From Macrostomum lignano (taxonomy: Eukaryota): DNA of 64,000 nucleotides. The notes beneath the pieces were generated by a model. It searched no databases. It saw nothing but the letters and a program-made list of their open reading frames with translations, and had not been told where the DNA came from. Shown here piece after piece: positions 1-13,700 of the stretch. The position numbers and the translations under genes were made by a program. Where the stretch lies: the NCBI GenBank assembly GCA_002269645.1, contig NIVC01000757.1:385127-449126 (forward strand). The letters are read 5' to 3'. Each line of letters begins with the position of its first letter. The stretch's first letter is position 1.

Positions 1-121
1 GTTTTCATAGTGTGCTGCTGGGGGTTGGCGCAGACACGTAACGAGGTTGGAGTGCAATATCGGGCACAACAACAAAATACGCGACCCCGCATGCACACAG
101 TCACGGTTAGAGCAGGGCGCG

Positions 122-660
122 TCAGATGGCGCGCCGCAGAGCCTGGGAGCGAACATTAAAGTCCGCTCCGTTGGCAGTGTCGGGCGCCCCAGCGTCGCAC
201 AGCAGGCAGTCCACGTATCGACGGTTTCGGGCCTGACCCCGCCTGAACGGGCCCTGCAAGGTGAGCAGCAGGACGTCCTGAACAGGTTGGGGGCAGTTGC
301 CCTCGGCCCGGATCACGTGACCCGCCAGTTGAAGTCGCCGCCGGCGCAGAATGATGGACGGGCGCTGCAGCTTGGCCCGATCGTACAGGGCCTCGGTCCC
401 GACGCTCTCGTCAACTCGAAAGGCCGCACGGAGCAGCCCTGAGTGCGCTGAGTCCAGCTGCCGCTCTAGCGTAGCCGTCAGCGTCCACGTTTCGGCGTTG
501 TAGAGCAGGACGGTTTCGACCACCGCCTGCCACAGCCGAGCCCTCTGGCGGTCGGGCAGCGCTTCGGACTGGAGGACGGCTCGGATCGAACGAAAGGCCG
601 CCCAGGCAAGTCTTCTGCGCCGCCGGAGGTCCTCTTCCACCGTGGGGCACCAGACCGTTA
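122..660 (-). mobile_element. Non-LTR retrotransposon (RTE-like) reverse transcriptase C-terminal fragment
   Basis: ORF 122..751 contains RRRLAWAAF...RARLWQAVVETVLLYNAETWTLT...RRRRLQLAGHVIR, the typical post-RT region of RTE-clade LINEs. The RT core is absent (5'-truncated). Confidence 0.8.
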
Positions 661-1567
661 AATGTACGTCAACATGTAGACACATGCAAACACTGAAAAA
701 TTCAAGACATGAAATGCATCCAATTTTATTTGCTATCAAATTCCAGAGCATTTTTCATAAAAACTTATTGATTTGCCTTACGCGCAATCGTAACCCATCA
801 CGGAACGGGTAGCCCAACAGGGCAAGTTGGCCGTAATTACCTTTATTTATTGGTAAGGCAGTCTTGTTTAAACAATCAGATATTTTGTTACAAAGTATAA
901 GTTGCACTATTAGTCTACTAACTTATGAAAGTAAGACTGCATGCCCTGTGCTTGGATGAAAAACCCAATATTGCAGTCCGCAATCACTTCATCAATACTT
1001 AGTTACCAGTATGCATAATTAAAATCGGTATTCGGAGAACGGAGTATTAATTTTGTGTGTCACTTACTGGTTTAGGTTGCAATTCAATATTGTGCTAAGT
1101 ATAAGAAGCCGACTTTGCGATAGAGGTAAGGTACTGTAAAAGTTATCGATAAGCCTAAAGATTTTAACATCCCGATGATGCGATATGGAGAAAATAAATT
1201 TATTTGATTCGTGTCACATTTTACGTGCCAGTTTTCTGGATTGAACCTCTACATTTATTAATCAGAATGAGCGCACTTTTTTAATCTGTCTTGTGCGTGA
1301 ATTGGAATAAAGTCCCATTCAGACATCTGCTCCTGTTCCAGATTCACTAGTCTAGGACTCCATGATGAAGCTCTCCTAATAGGCTGCTTGGCTTCGAGCA
1401 GGCTCAGGTTGATTGAGATTGGCTACAGCTTGCACGGGGGCGTCTCGCAGAACTCAGTGTACATATATGAGCCAGCATCTCAGAAGAAGATCCGCATCTT
1501 GCAGGTATAGAAATAGAGTTGTTAAAATATAAAACTGCAGTTTTCCTTCATTTCATAGCGGTAGGAA

Positions 1568-3070
1568 ATGTCCGGGAAGAACAATCATTCAATAGAGCTG
1601 GTGGTCATCATGACCTGCGGCATTGACAACGAGACCGCTGATGCCAATTCTACCAACAGCAGCTTAGATGCAAAAGTTGGCAATGCACCGCCGTCTTTCA
1701 TCATGATTTATACGGCTGGCCTAATGATGCTGGCGGCTCTGAACATCGTCACAAACTTTTGCAGTTTGCTTCTGTTTCACCGGATTCTCACACGCTGCCA
1801 GATGCAGCTGGTGCACCTGCTGCAGGGACTGTGCTCAGCGGAGGTGGCCTTCAATGCCAGTCAGCTCATCTATCAGACATTTATCTGGACCTACGGCCTG
1901 AGTCAACAGGAAATGGCTTCGCTGCAGGTAGGCCTCGCAAAATTGTATTGTTCTGCTGTTGCTGAAGGAAGTAGTACAGCCAGCAAATTTGGCTGACTGT
2001 GGGACAGAAGTGTTTCCTCTTTACAAAGAGCTACTCGGAAATGACGTCGCTATTCCAGATCTTTTCCCAGTATTTTAAAACAAGCTTGAAGCCACACAAC
2101 ATCACCATAGAAACATACGGAGCACATCTTCCTGATTAGCTCGTAAATGGAAAAATTAAAAAACTGAAAGCTAAAATTGGTCATCGGAGGGAAAACAAGC
2201 ATAATTGGGCATTTACAAATCCTACAGGGTAAATGAATAATTAATGAACTTAACAACGTCGCCAAACGCCCACAGGACGGCAAAATCATTGCTGGTGCAT
2301 TCTGGGCCGCTCTGTTCCTCAGCCAAGGCTTCCTCAGCCTAAGAAACTGGTCGGTGGCCTTTCTATCTTTCGCCCGCTACCAGAAGATTCATTATCCGCA
2401 CATTTCGCCAAGTCTGCTCGCTGTCCGTGGCGCCGTCACTTGGCACTGCATCTTGCTGCCAGTCTGCCTGTGCGTGAGTCTGCCGAAAATGTTGCAGTAC
2501 AACGTCGTTGTGTGCTCAGACACTCTCCGGCTGAGTCAGCAGGCCACTTGGCTGAATGACTATAAAACTATTAAACGCATCCTGGTGACTGCCAGCTACT
2601 TGGTGTCCACGCTGCTGCCGGTGTTGCTGGTGACGCTGAGCAACATCCGGGTGGTCCTCTTCCTGCGCCGGCGCCGCCAGCAGTTCAACGCCTCTAGGCC
2701 CGGTGTCAACAGTGCTCTCTGCCGGAATCGGACGGCCGACCGGCTGCTGCTGGTGCTCACGCTTGTGTTTCTCATCTGCGAGATGCCCGCAAGCTTTGCT
2801 GGACTGCTGGGAAGCTCGCTACCCAATCAGGCCGCCCGTCACCTGGTCCACGTGGCGCACCTGGCCACAATGCTGGACTCCAGTCTGAATCTGGCTATCT
2901 ACCTGCTGTCGCACAAGGTCCAATGCTTCACTATCTGTAAGTCAAAGCAGCCATCGGATATTCGCACTCCGATTAACGACGGCAACGAGGATGTGGCCGC
3001 GGAAGATTTTGAACTGCAAGCTCTGCAGGCTGAGCCAGAAGGCGGCACAGATGAAAGAAACAATGTTTGA
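1568..3070 (+). CDS. Rhodopsin-class (class A) GPCR, peptide/FMRFamide-receptor-like orphan; 2 exons (~1568-1927, ~2276-3070)
   Basis: N-glycosylated N-terminus and about seven hydrophobic segments across ORFs 1568..1996 and 2354..3070. Donor CAG|GTAGG near 1927 and acceptor CCACAG| near 2275 join in frame. RNW...ARY at TM3 (DRY-like), FLICEMP in TM6 and DSSLNLAIY in TM7. Confidence 0.8.
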
Positions 3071-4624
3071 GCTTTTTCATTGCTATCTTACACTAATTTA
3101 ACTAATGCTACACAATCAATTGGGTAATAGAGTCGGATCACACGACATTCTGTGCGCTCTTCGAATTGTGGGTCTGATCTTCAGGCCCAAACACGTTCAA
3201 GAGCCTTCTTCAAGTAAACTTTTGACAGGAGTCAAGCTTTTAAAATTATTGATGTCGTTGGTGTCATGGATGATGCATATTTTCCTTGGGCTTTTACCCT
3301 GAAAACTGTCCAAAGCTATTTTACATGATCATACAAATGCATATACAGCGTCAATATAGTACACTGTTTAGTACACTTTATGCTCGAATAATAGCAGAGC
3401 AATAGTCGCCTGGATTGCATGGCAACCGTGTTTTATAGCTGCTGCTTCTTAATTTCATAGTGTTGCTTTAAGTTGCGTAGATGCAGTCTGTACTTGCTTT
3501 GTTGTAAATATTTTATCCTACTCCAGTTTCAATGCTTTTCCTGTTAATTTGGCTTGCAGGTGTTCCGTGTTGATACTCACAAATGAGTTTTTGCTTTGCA
3601 CCTGATATTTTATGCAGTTCCCTCTTGAAAGTTTATGTTCCCAGGCATAATATCCCACGAGTACTTTTCCTAAACATCCTAAAATATCTTGACCTATCTA
3701 TAATTTCGAACTCCATACATGAAAGGAGTTGAAATTTTTTTATTGGCTCCCTAAAGGCGATTCCATAAACAACAGTTTCATAGAGATTTTCTCTTATTTC
3801 GAATAAATATTTACGTCAGCCGAGCAGAAAACAAGTCTATATATTCATTCTAAGACCAGTTAATCCCTGCTAGCCGAAGAGTATTTCATTTTAAAGTACA
3901 GGTAGCAACTGGACAACTCATTAAAAATTCAGGTATACGGATGTGTCCCTACACGGCTATATACGACTTGTTTATTTGCACGAAAAAATCAATCGCCCTT
4001 GCTCATATTTGTGGCCCTAATTATGTGTGGAATGAATCAACGTGTCTGAAGGCCGCACCGCATACGCTTGTGGTTTCTAAGTTGAAAGGCAAGATGAAAG
4101 GCCTAATTAAGAAATCTGTTTTTTATTTTGATTATCATCCCCTCAATTCCTTGAAATTCAACTTCAAAATGGACGAGTTAACCGTGACAATGGGCTAATT
4201 CAACTCGACGTGTGCCTGTGTCGCAACCACGGTTCGGGCACAGGGAGCGTTCTTCATCTTTCGTTTCAGGCTGTTTCCGGAAGCTGAATTGAGGTTTAAT
4301 CTCTGGAGGAATTTGACTTATGATAGAGCGGCTTTTCCCTGTCATTAACTCCATCTCTGTACCTGCAACTGTCAATGCAGCCGTGCGTAACTTGATTAAT
4401 ATAGCTTTTGGCAGCCCATTTGGGCCTACGCGCATTGAATTTAATCCAAGATACGTTTGCCAATGTAATGAAGCTTTTGTCTATGGCAGCAAGGCTGGCA
4501 CAGCAGCATTTAATTTGGTCCAACAAGCATCAAATTGGTCCACAGCTTCATTTAAAATTGCTGCGGAGGAGCAAGATCAGCCCCAGAATTGTAGACCATA
4601 TGCTAGGCTTTTGAACAAATGCCA

Positions 4625-4910
4625 GAGGTGAACACCCAAAGGACATTTCAAGGTTGCTGAATGTACTCGTAAAAGAAAATATGGTTTGCAGCATCCATCA
4701 GCGCGTTGAAACTCTGCTGTCAGAGATTGTCTGCGAAAGGGTGGCAATCGCCAAGGCAAGTTGCTCGAGAGCCTCAGGTCCAACTGCTACTCGATGCAGT
4801 TGAGACGAACCCTTTGTTGACGTTGCAGAAAATGCAACAGAAGTTGAAGGAACAGTTCCAGCTGGTTATCAGATTTGGACTATCAGCAGAGCTCTGGAAA
4901 AGCGACTGAA
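4625..4910 (+). mobile_element. Possible degenerate Tc1/IS630-like transposase HTH remnant
   Basis: LLDAVETNPLLTLQKMQQKLKEQFQL resembles the second HTH of IS630/Tc1-type transposases. The region is frame-disrupted and no DDE domain is seen. Confidence 0.3.
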
Positions 4911-4946
4911 AATTGTTGGTAGAGAGCCATATGTTAATTTTTTATT

Positions 4947-5155
4947 CTACGTAAATTTGCACGTGTCTTTTTGTGCCTAAAAACCATTAAAATAGCACAC
5001 AGCTCGGCTTTTTGGTTTTTTAAGTCTATTTTATCATTCTTAGCTGACGGTGTAACAATATGTGTAGTAGAAATGATAAAATAGATTCATAAAACCAAAC
5101 ATCAGAGCTGTGCAATGCATTTTTATGATTTTTAGGCACAGGATATTTACGTAAG
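4947..5155. mobile_element. MITE-like element with imperfect terminal inverted repeats; part of a dispersed repeat family
   Basis: CTACGTAAAT...TGTGCCTAAAAACCAT...CACAGCTC on the left mirrors GAGCTGTG...ATGATTTTTAGGCACA...ATTTACGTAAG on the right. Homologous sequence lies at ~48150-48340. The adjacent 5160-5400 block recurs inverted at ~40890-41110 and ~47940-48150. Confidence 0.6.
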
Positions 5156-6814
5156 ATAAAAATTTAACATCGAATCTTAATTTTCTGAACGAAAAGCTTT
5201 ATAAATATCGATAGAGCAATGAGACAGGCACAATGAATCAAAATATGAACACTGGATCTGCCTCCTATCAAAAGCAATAAAAAAATTTTGTGCTGAGAAA
5301 ATGATAAGTTCCTACCTCCGTAGTGTATTTTTACGGAAAAAACTGCCCTCAAAAATGTTCCAAGAAACGAGGTTTCCCGTCCTCCTACTTAAGTCGTCCT
5401 TGTACTGAGCCCGCTGAATGATTCAATGATTCTTTCTGCCATAGACTGCGAATTCTCGATTAAAAATTAAAAGGTGATCGGATTTTATATTACTCTAAGC
5501 AGGTACATGCACCTCTGTGATAAACTGCCATAAATACAAACTATAGATGTCATGATCGCAATAACTGTTTGAGATATTGATATTTTACTAAAGCTGCTCA
5601 ACGTAAAAAGAGCCGGTTACCGTTACGTCTTTACATTGCACGGGGTTAGGTGGCCACCAGTGCATCAAATACTTCAACACAATTGTCATTATAATGACAT
5701 TCAGCGATGCCAACACATGAGAAGCGATTCACTTTGAGATGCAACGGTTGTAAAGCAACCCATCATGGTTCTGAATTATCTCCAGATGAAGTAGTCAAAA
5801 CAGATCTCTGAGAGTTACGTATAGCAGGCTTTACATAGTAGTTAGTGTCAAGTAACAACGTCCATTAGAAAGTCATGTAAGGTACCAGCTGCTCAGCTAA
5901 GAAAGAGAATATTCTGTGTAGACTTGAGTCTACTAAGTCAGCAGAGAGGCTATACTTACCTTGTCAGAAAAAGCTGTTATAGATTCTATCAGAAGTTTGA
6001 AGTTCGTTCTAAAAACAGTTTTTTCAAGATTCGACCAGTTCTGAAAACGCTGTTGAATTTGAAGACGAGGTTTATAGCGGAGGACCCTGCTCTAAGCCAG
6101 TAAAACAAAGGGTGTTGAGGAGGTCTCAGTACTCTTTGCAGTTAACGATCGAGCGAGACATTTTCCCACGCTGTACGCTCATTGTTCAACGGCTCGAAAT
6201 CATTATTTTCCAGCCTAAATTCATGAGAAAATGTGTGTTTGGCTCAGTGCCTCATTGAATAGAAACTTGATACCCGACATTGAAGTTATCAGAGAGGCAT
6301 AGAGGCATTTTATTTACGATTTTAAAACACATTTAACGACAGATTCGGGATCTCTTCAAGCGCCACAGAAACAGTTGAAAACTACTGCTGAGATAGGCGG
6401 AACGTAGTTGCATTGCAAGTGGCCTACATAAATTAGCACTTTTTTTCTGCCGTTTCACGTAATGCAAACACGTGTGTAGCGCACGACGCGGAAGTTCTAG
6501 GCTTGCAAGGTGCCATTGGTGCATGCACCTGTGCCCCATTATAAGAAGCTACACGTCTAACTGAAGGTGAAATAAACATTATAAGCATTGCAACAAACTG
6601 TTGACCCGATATTAAATTTTTTTGTCCCTTTCAAGAGTGCGTAAAATTGCAAAGTGAGCAGGCTTGATCTCACCTTTAATGTATTTGCAAACATCAGAGA
6701 GAGCATAAAGAACGCAAATATTCTAAATATAGGTATAATTCCTAAAGTTACAAGCCAATATGACAATAATTGTACAATAAAAACTTTGCCGCTGAGAGTA
6801 GAATAGGATCTCGG

Positions 6815-7420
6815 AGGCGGGCCCAGCAACTGAGGATCTGGGAGGCTGGCCCAGCAACTGAGGATCTGGGAGGCTGGCCCAGCAACTGAGCATCTGGGAG
6901 GCTGGCCCAGCAACTGAGCATCTGGGAGGCTGGCCCAGCAACTGAGCATCTGGGAGGCTGGCCCAGCAACTGAGCATCTGGGAGGCTGGCCCAGCAACTG
7001 AGCATCTGGGAGGCTGGCCCTGCAACTGAGCATCTGGGAGGCTGGCCCAGCAACTGAGGATCTGGGAGGCTGGCCCAGCAACTGAGCATCGGGGAGGCTG
7101 GCCCAGCAACTGGGGATCTGGGAGGCTGGTCCAGCAACTGACACTCTGGAAGGCTGGTCCAGCAACTGAGGATCTGGGAGGCTGGCCCAGCAACTGAGCA
7201 TCTGGGAGGGCTGGCCCAGCAACTGGGGATCTGGGAGGCTGGTCCAGCAACTGGGGATCTGGGAGGCTGGTCCAGCAACTGAGGATCTGGGAGGCTGGCC
7301 CAGCAACTGAGCATCTGGGAGGCTGGCCCAGCAACTAGGGATCTGGGAGGCTGGCCCAGCAACTGGGAATCTGGGAGGCTGGCCCAGCAACTGAGGATCT
7401 GGGAGGCTGGCCTAGCAACC
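6815..7420. repeat. Minisatellite, 28-bp unit (GGATCTGGGAGGCTGGCCCAGCAACTGA), ~21 copies
   Basis: Read directly; period 28 (6834 to 6862). Confidence 0.95.
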
Positions 7421-7746
7421 GAGGCTGCAGTAACGCAGTTTGAGGATTTCAAAGCCGAACGTGAGGATATGGGATTAGTGAGAGTCAGGGGGAAGGAAAT
7501 TCTACAGTTGGGAATTTGCAAAAGTGCACAAAGAATCGTTAGAGGAAAGTTTAAAAAATTCTTCATTAAGACGGTCGCCATGAGTAAACAAATAAGAAAG
7601 AAAAAATTAAAAAACTTGGACGCAAAAAGGACTATCCGATTGTAGAGTAAACAGAACAGTGCTCAGATACGGACGATATCCACCTACAGTAGCAATCGAA
7701 TGTGTTTTACTACCTTCCAGTCAATTATTAGGTTGGCAGGAACGAG

Positions 7747-10700
7747 TTACTCAGCCTCAAAGAACTCCAACAGAGTCTGTAGATCGTAGTTCTGCAGGCA
7801 TTGCATCAAAGCTGAGACTCTGGACTTCACATTCTGGCCTTGAAATTTGAACTTGTCAATGTAGAGATCCGTGATCATGCCTGCGGTGCATTGGATAGGA
7901 TGCTGAATTAGTGCATGTCATGGGCGTATCAGAGTACTGTTTAGTCGCATTGCCGCTAGTATAGCCGCTCAGATGATTGAGTAGACACTAGCGATGATTG
8001 AGTAGACACTAGAGATGATTGAGTAGACACTAGAGATGTTTGAGTAGACACTAAAGATGATTGAGTAGACACTAGAGATGATTGAGTAGACACTAGAGAT
8101 GATTGAGTAGACACTAGAGATGATTGAGTAGACACTAGAGATGATTGAGTAGACACTAGAGACGTTTGAGTAGATACTAAAGATGATTGAGTAGACGCGT
8201 AAAAGGATTAAAAGATTATGTAGGTATGAAAAACAGATTGGGTAGAAAGTATATCGTAAAGATTGAGCAGACGCATGATAAGATTGAGCAGACGCATGAT
8301 AAGATTGAGCAGACGCATGATAAGATTGAGCAGACGCATGATAAGATTGAGCAGACGCATGATAAGATTGAGTAGACGCATGATAAGATTGAGTAGACGC
8401 ATGATAAGATTGAGTAGACGCATGATAAGATTGAGTAGACGCATGATAAGATTGAGTAGACATTGAAACGTACCGTAGAGTCTCTCCAGGTGAGCTGGCT
8501 GCCTTTTGAACAGCCTCTGAAGCTCGTCGGCCTCCAGGAGGATCTGCTGAAACTCTTCGGATAGAAACTCGGCAGACTGCTCGCTGAGCATGAGCTCGCG
8601 AAGCGGCTCGATTAGGGCCACCCGCTTGGCCAGGTGTAAAAGCGACTCAAGTTTTGGAGCAATTAATCTAATTGTATGACTGACTGACTGGTCATTTACC
8701 TGCGAAAGAAAAAAATTTGAGAATCACATCTTCTCTGACTGAGGAGCAATTTAATTAACCCTTATTTTTTGTTCAAGAGCAATAAAACAAGTCCCTTTTA
8801 GGGCCATTCTAGCAGTCATAGACGCATGCGGGTGCAACCATAGACACATAAGTGCAGCCATAGACACACAAGTGCAACCATAGACACATAAGTGCAGCCA
8901 TAGACACACAAGTGCAGCCATAGACACACAAGTGCAGCCATAGACACACAAGTGCAGCCATAGACACACAAGTGCAGCCATAGACACACAAGTGCAGCCA
9001 TAGACACACAAGTGCAACCATAGACACATAAGTGCAGCCATAGACACACAAGTGCAGCCATAGACACATGAAGTGCAGCCATAGACACACAAGTGCAGCC
9101 ATAGACACATGAAGTGCAGCCATAGACACACAAGTGCAGCCAAAGACACATAAGTGCAGCCATAGACACACAAGTGCAGCCATAGACACATGAAGTGCAG
9201 CCAAATACACACAAGTGCAGCCAAAGACACACAAGTGCAGCCATAGACACACAAGTGCAGCCATAGACACACAAGTGCAGCCATAGACACATAAGTGCAG
9301 CCATAGACACATAAGTGCAGCCATAGACACACAAGTGCAGCCATAGACACATGAAGTGCAGCCAAATACACACAAGTGCAGCCAAAGACACACAAGTGCA
9401 GCCATAGACACACAAGTGCAGCCATAGACACATAAGTGCAGCCATAGACACATAAGTGCAGCCATAGACACATAAGTGCAGCCATAGACACACAAGTGCA
9501 GCCATAGACACACAAGTGCAGCCATAGACACATAAGTGCAGCCATAGACACACAAGTGCAGCCATAGACACACAAGTGCAGCCATAGACACATAAGTGCA
9601 GCCATAGACACACAAGTGCAGCCATAGACACACAAGTGCAGCCATAGACACATGAAGTGCAGCCATAGACACACAAGTGCAGCCATAGACACATGAAGTG
9701 CAGCCATAGACACACAAGTGCAGCCAAAGACACATAAGTGCAGCCATAGACACACAAGTGCAGCCATAGACACATGAAGTGCAGCCATAAACACATAAGT
9801 GCAGCCATAGACACATAAGTGCAGCCATAGACACACAAGTGCAGCCATAGACACATGAAGTGCAGCCATAGACACACAAGTGCAGCCATAGACACATGAA
9901 GTGCAGCCATAGACACACAAGTGCAGCCAAAGACACATAAGTGCAGCCATAGACACACAAGTGCAGCCATAGACACATGAAGTGCAGCCATAAACACATA
10001 AGTGCAGCCATAGACACATAAGTGCAGCCATAGAACATAAGTGCAGCCATAGACGGTATGGTGCTCCAAAGCAACTCAGCCGTTTTTCTTGCCTATTTAC
10101 TTAAAAGATTTTTCAAGCTTTGAAATTCTCTAGCGACGACATCATAAACGTTTACTTGTATGCCGCCTTAAAATTGAGTGAAAAATGTTTTAACGATAAA
10201 CAAATTCACTAACAAAAAACTCACTTCGTATCCAATTTGCAGCGCAATTTTTCTCTTTGTTGCCTCTTTGCTAAGGCACTCCTTAATAATGGAGATTGTG
10301 GACAGATTGTCGGACCGGAACACTGCTTCGCCTTTCTTGTACCTGGCTTCGAACTGCGTGCCCAGGAAGGTGTTCTCAAACACGAGCCAACCGGCCTCGT
10401 CGGCTGGCGCTTTCTCTGGCACCTCGCCAACTAGAAAAGCAACCCAGTGATGAATTTCAGCCAGAGAGAAGGCCCCAGTGAGAGTCAGACTATTCAGCGG
10501 TCGGCTCTCATCAAGTTCGTGGGCTCGTCTGTGCAGCGACAGCGGCTTGATGTGATAGGCCAGCAACTGGCAGACCTTTGGCTGCAGTCTGGGCGTCACG
10601 TAAGCCATGAGAGTACCGTAGTGACCTTCGATTGTGCGCACTTTGATTTCCAGTCTGGTTGTGTTGGCCTGACACCTGGTTGCGAATTGTGGGGGTGGCG

Positions 10701-13700
10701 TATGTTTTAGCTGAAGTTTTTGAGTGATTTGAGCAACTTGAACCCTGACTGCAGGTACAGTATCCTGTGTACTGACTGAACTCTATGTACAGTGTTTTGT
10801 GTACTAAAAATTAACTATATGTACAGTGTTTTGTGTACTAAAAATGAACTCTATGTACAGTGTTTTGTGTACTAAAAATGAACTCTATGTACAGTGTTGT
10901 GTGTACTAAAAATGAACTCTATGTACAGTGTTTTGTGTACTAAAAATGAACTCTATGTACAGTGTTGTGTGTACTAAAAATGAACTCTATGTACAGTGTT
11001 TTGTGTACTAAAAATGAACTCTATGTACAGTGTTTTGTGTACTAAAAATGAACTCTATGTACAGTGTTTTGTGTACTAAAAATGAACTCTATGTACAGTG
11101 TTTTGTGTACCAAAAATGAACTCTATGTACAGTGTTTTGTGTACTAAAAATGAACTCTATGTACAGTGTTTTGTGTAGTGCTTACTAGATTAGTTCTGTG
11201 TACTATTCTGTGCATTCGTCGGTGTACTAATTGACTGCATACCATCAGAGTATCATCAAAACTATATTTGTTTTAAAACAAATTCCAACTCTGAGTTTTT
11301 ACAAGCAAACCCAACAAGAAACGAGCTTTGATGAAAATTGGTTTGATGTCATCAAAAACCATCTCGCAGACCAAATGACTTACTGAGCATTATATTGAAA
11401 TTTTCATGCGGCCAGCCTTTTGATTTGCCAGGATGCAAGAAAAGCAATATTGGAAAATGCTGAATATGTCAACTCTCATCCAACCTCAGCTGATTGCATG
11501 GCTTCTGTCTTTGATGTAGAGATCTCCAAATACGGTACAAAGTAAACGACTATAAGTAGTAACGTAGTAGCTGGAACAGCTAAGCGAGGCTACATCTCTG
11601 AGGAAATAAATACCGTTCGGTAAGCCCTTGTTCGAGCCTTTGTTATTTGGGTTTATTGAGAGCGATTTTATTGCCGGCCGTTACTGATCAGTTGATTTAT
11701 GAGTTCATTGAATTTGAGGCCTCCCATTTTCCTAAGGGATTGGATAGGATCTGCGGACCGATTCCGATACCCTTAGAGGATTATCGATTTGATTGATTTT
11801 GTTATCCTAGATTAACCGATAGGAGCACACGACTCCGATTCCGTTAGTTCTAGAAGAAGACGCCCTTTCTGGAGGACCTCGTATTGTTATAGAAGTTGAT
11901 TTTGTTATTAGGGCACATCGCTGACATTGTACTCGAGTCGACTCGATTTCTGCACTCGAGGAACACTGCGACGTCGATTTAAATGATACGCTCTAACTTT
12001 CGGCCGATTTTAGAAATCAAGAAGACTACTCAGAAGAAAGAAGCTTCAAGGAGACGAGCTCTACAGACGCGCGCTACAAAGAAGAGGAGCCCGCAACAGT
12101 AAGTGATCACTGACTTTGTTCCCAGGCTTAAGTGCCTGGAAGTGGGAATTTTCGAGTGACTGATCACCACTCGATCAAACTCTTCATTGAGAAGCGATTT
12201 GCTACTGTTTATTGTAGCTTCAAGTTTTGAGAATCTTGAGGGAGAGCGGAGAGGCAGATTCAAGGATCTTGATGGAGAGTGGAGAGCCAGATTCAAGGAT
12301 CTTGGTGGAGAGCGGAGAGCCAGATTCAATGATCTTGGTGGAGAGCGGAGAGCCAGATTCAAGGGTCTTGAGGGAGAGCGGAGAGACAGATTTAAGGATC
12401 TTGAGGGAGAGCGGAGGGGCAGATTCAAGGATCTTGGTGGAGAGCGGAGAGCCAGATTCAATGATCTTGGTGGAGAGCGGAGAGCCAGATTCAAGGGTCT
12501 TGAGGGAGAGCGGAGAGACAGATTTAAGGATCTTGAGGGAGAGCGGAGGGGCAGATTCAAGGATCTTGGTGGAGAGCGGAGAGCCAGATTCAAGGGTCTT
12601 GAGGGAGAGCGGAGAGACAGATTTAAGGATCTTGAGGGAGAGCGGAGAGGCTGAATCAAGGACCTTGAGGGACAATGGAGAGGCAGAACGTAGGACTAAA
12701 AAAGGATGACGCTCACCTGTAAGTGGCCAGCAGGTGATTTCCTTCGTCAGGATTGACAGCGCTGAGACTGACCACGGCGGAGTTCTTTTCGGTGTCCATG
12801 ATGTCCACCGGCACGTCCGACTGCAACAGCAGATTGTCGATGGGCGCCTGACACTCGATAGTCAAGGTGTACGCTGCGTCCACTGGCGTCAGGATGAAAC
12901 GGTCGTTGATGTCGAAGAGAGGCACCGAGGACACTGCGTTGCCTTTGGTTGACATCGTCTGGTATTTGTCACGCTCCTTCTCCACCCTCTGCTGCAGCTG
13001 CCCGATCTCCTCTCTGTTGAAGTTTAAAAAATGATTATGGACTTAATTGGCATTGACACAATGAAATATGAATATGCTAGCTGCCCCTAAACTACGACGT
13101 AATGTAGAAATGGAGCTGTGACCCTTACTGCACAAGCAGTATTGTACATAGTCGTTATAGATGCACCGCACAATTGGCGGTAGGTTTCTTAAAAAAACAA
13201 CAACAAAATAACCCCATAATAGGGTCTGATACACGTAGCAGCGTTACAGAGGCACCTCTGGGCTAGAGCGAGAACAGAAAAATCTGGGCCTCGACGTTAA
13301 GGCCCCAACTCCCAATGATGCCGGACCTGCTGGTTTCCGCCAACATGGCGGAGTACCGCGACACGAAAGCTGCCGTGTCAACAACAACGGACGGCTTATC
13401 GGACTTTTTCGAGGCGCTTGTCCTGGATGATTTCATACATATAAAAATGTATTATATTCATAAATTTTTAACAAGGTCAAATTTTATTGAGAATTAAAGT
13501 ACAAATGGCCATTTTTATGAGAAGCCACTCAATTCCATTTCTTGCTGCGGATCGGCTATGCTCGCGTCCTTTCCAACCTATTTAAAAATGCTCAATTATA
13601 GTCATCGGGAGAACTACCTGAGTCCGTCCAGCTTCCCATCGCCAGCTCCCGCAGAGCTCGTGGCCACTCCAGCCGCATCTGCACCAGTTGAGCTCTCCAG

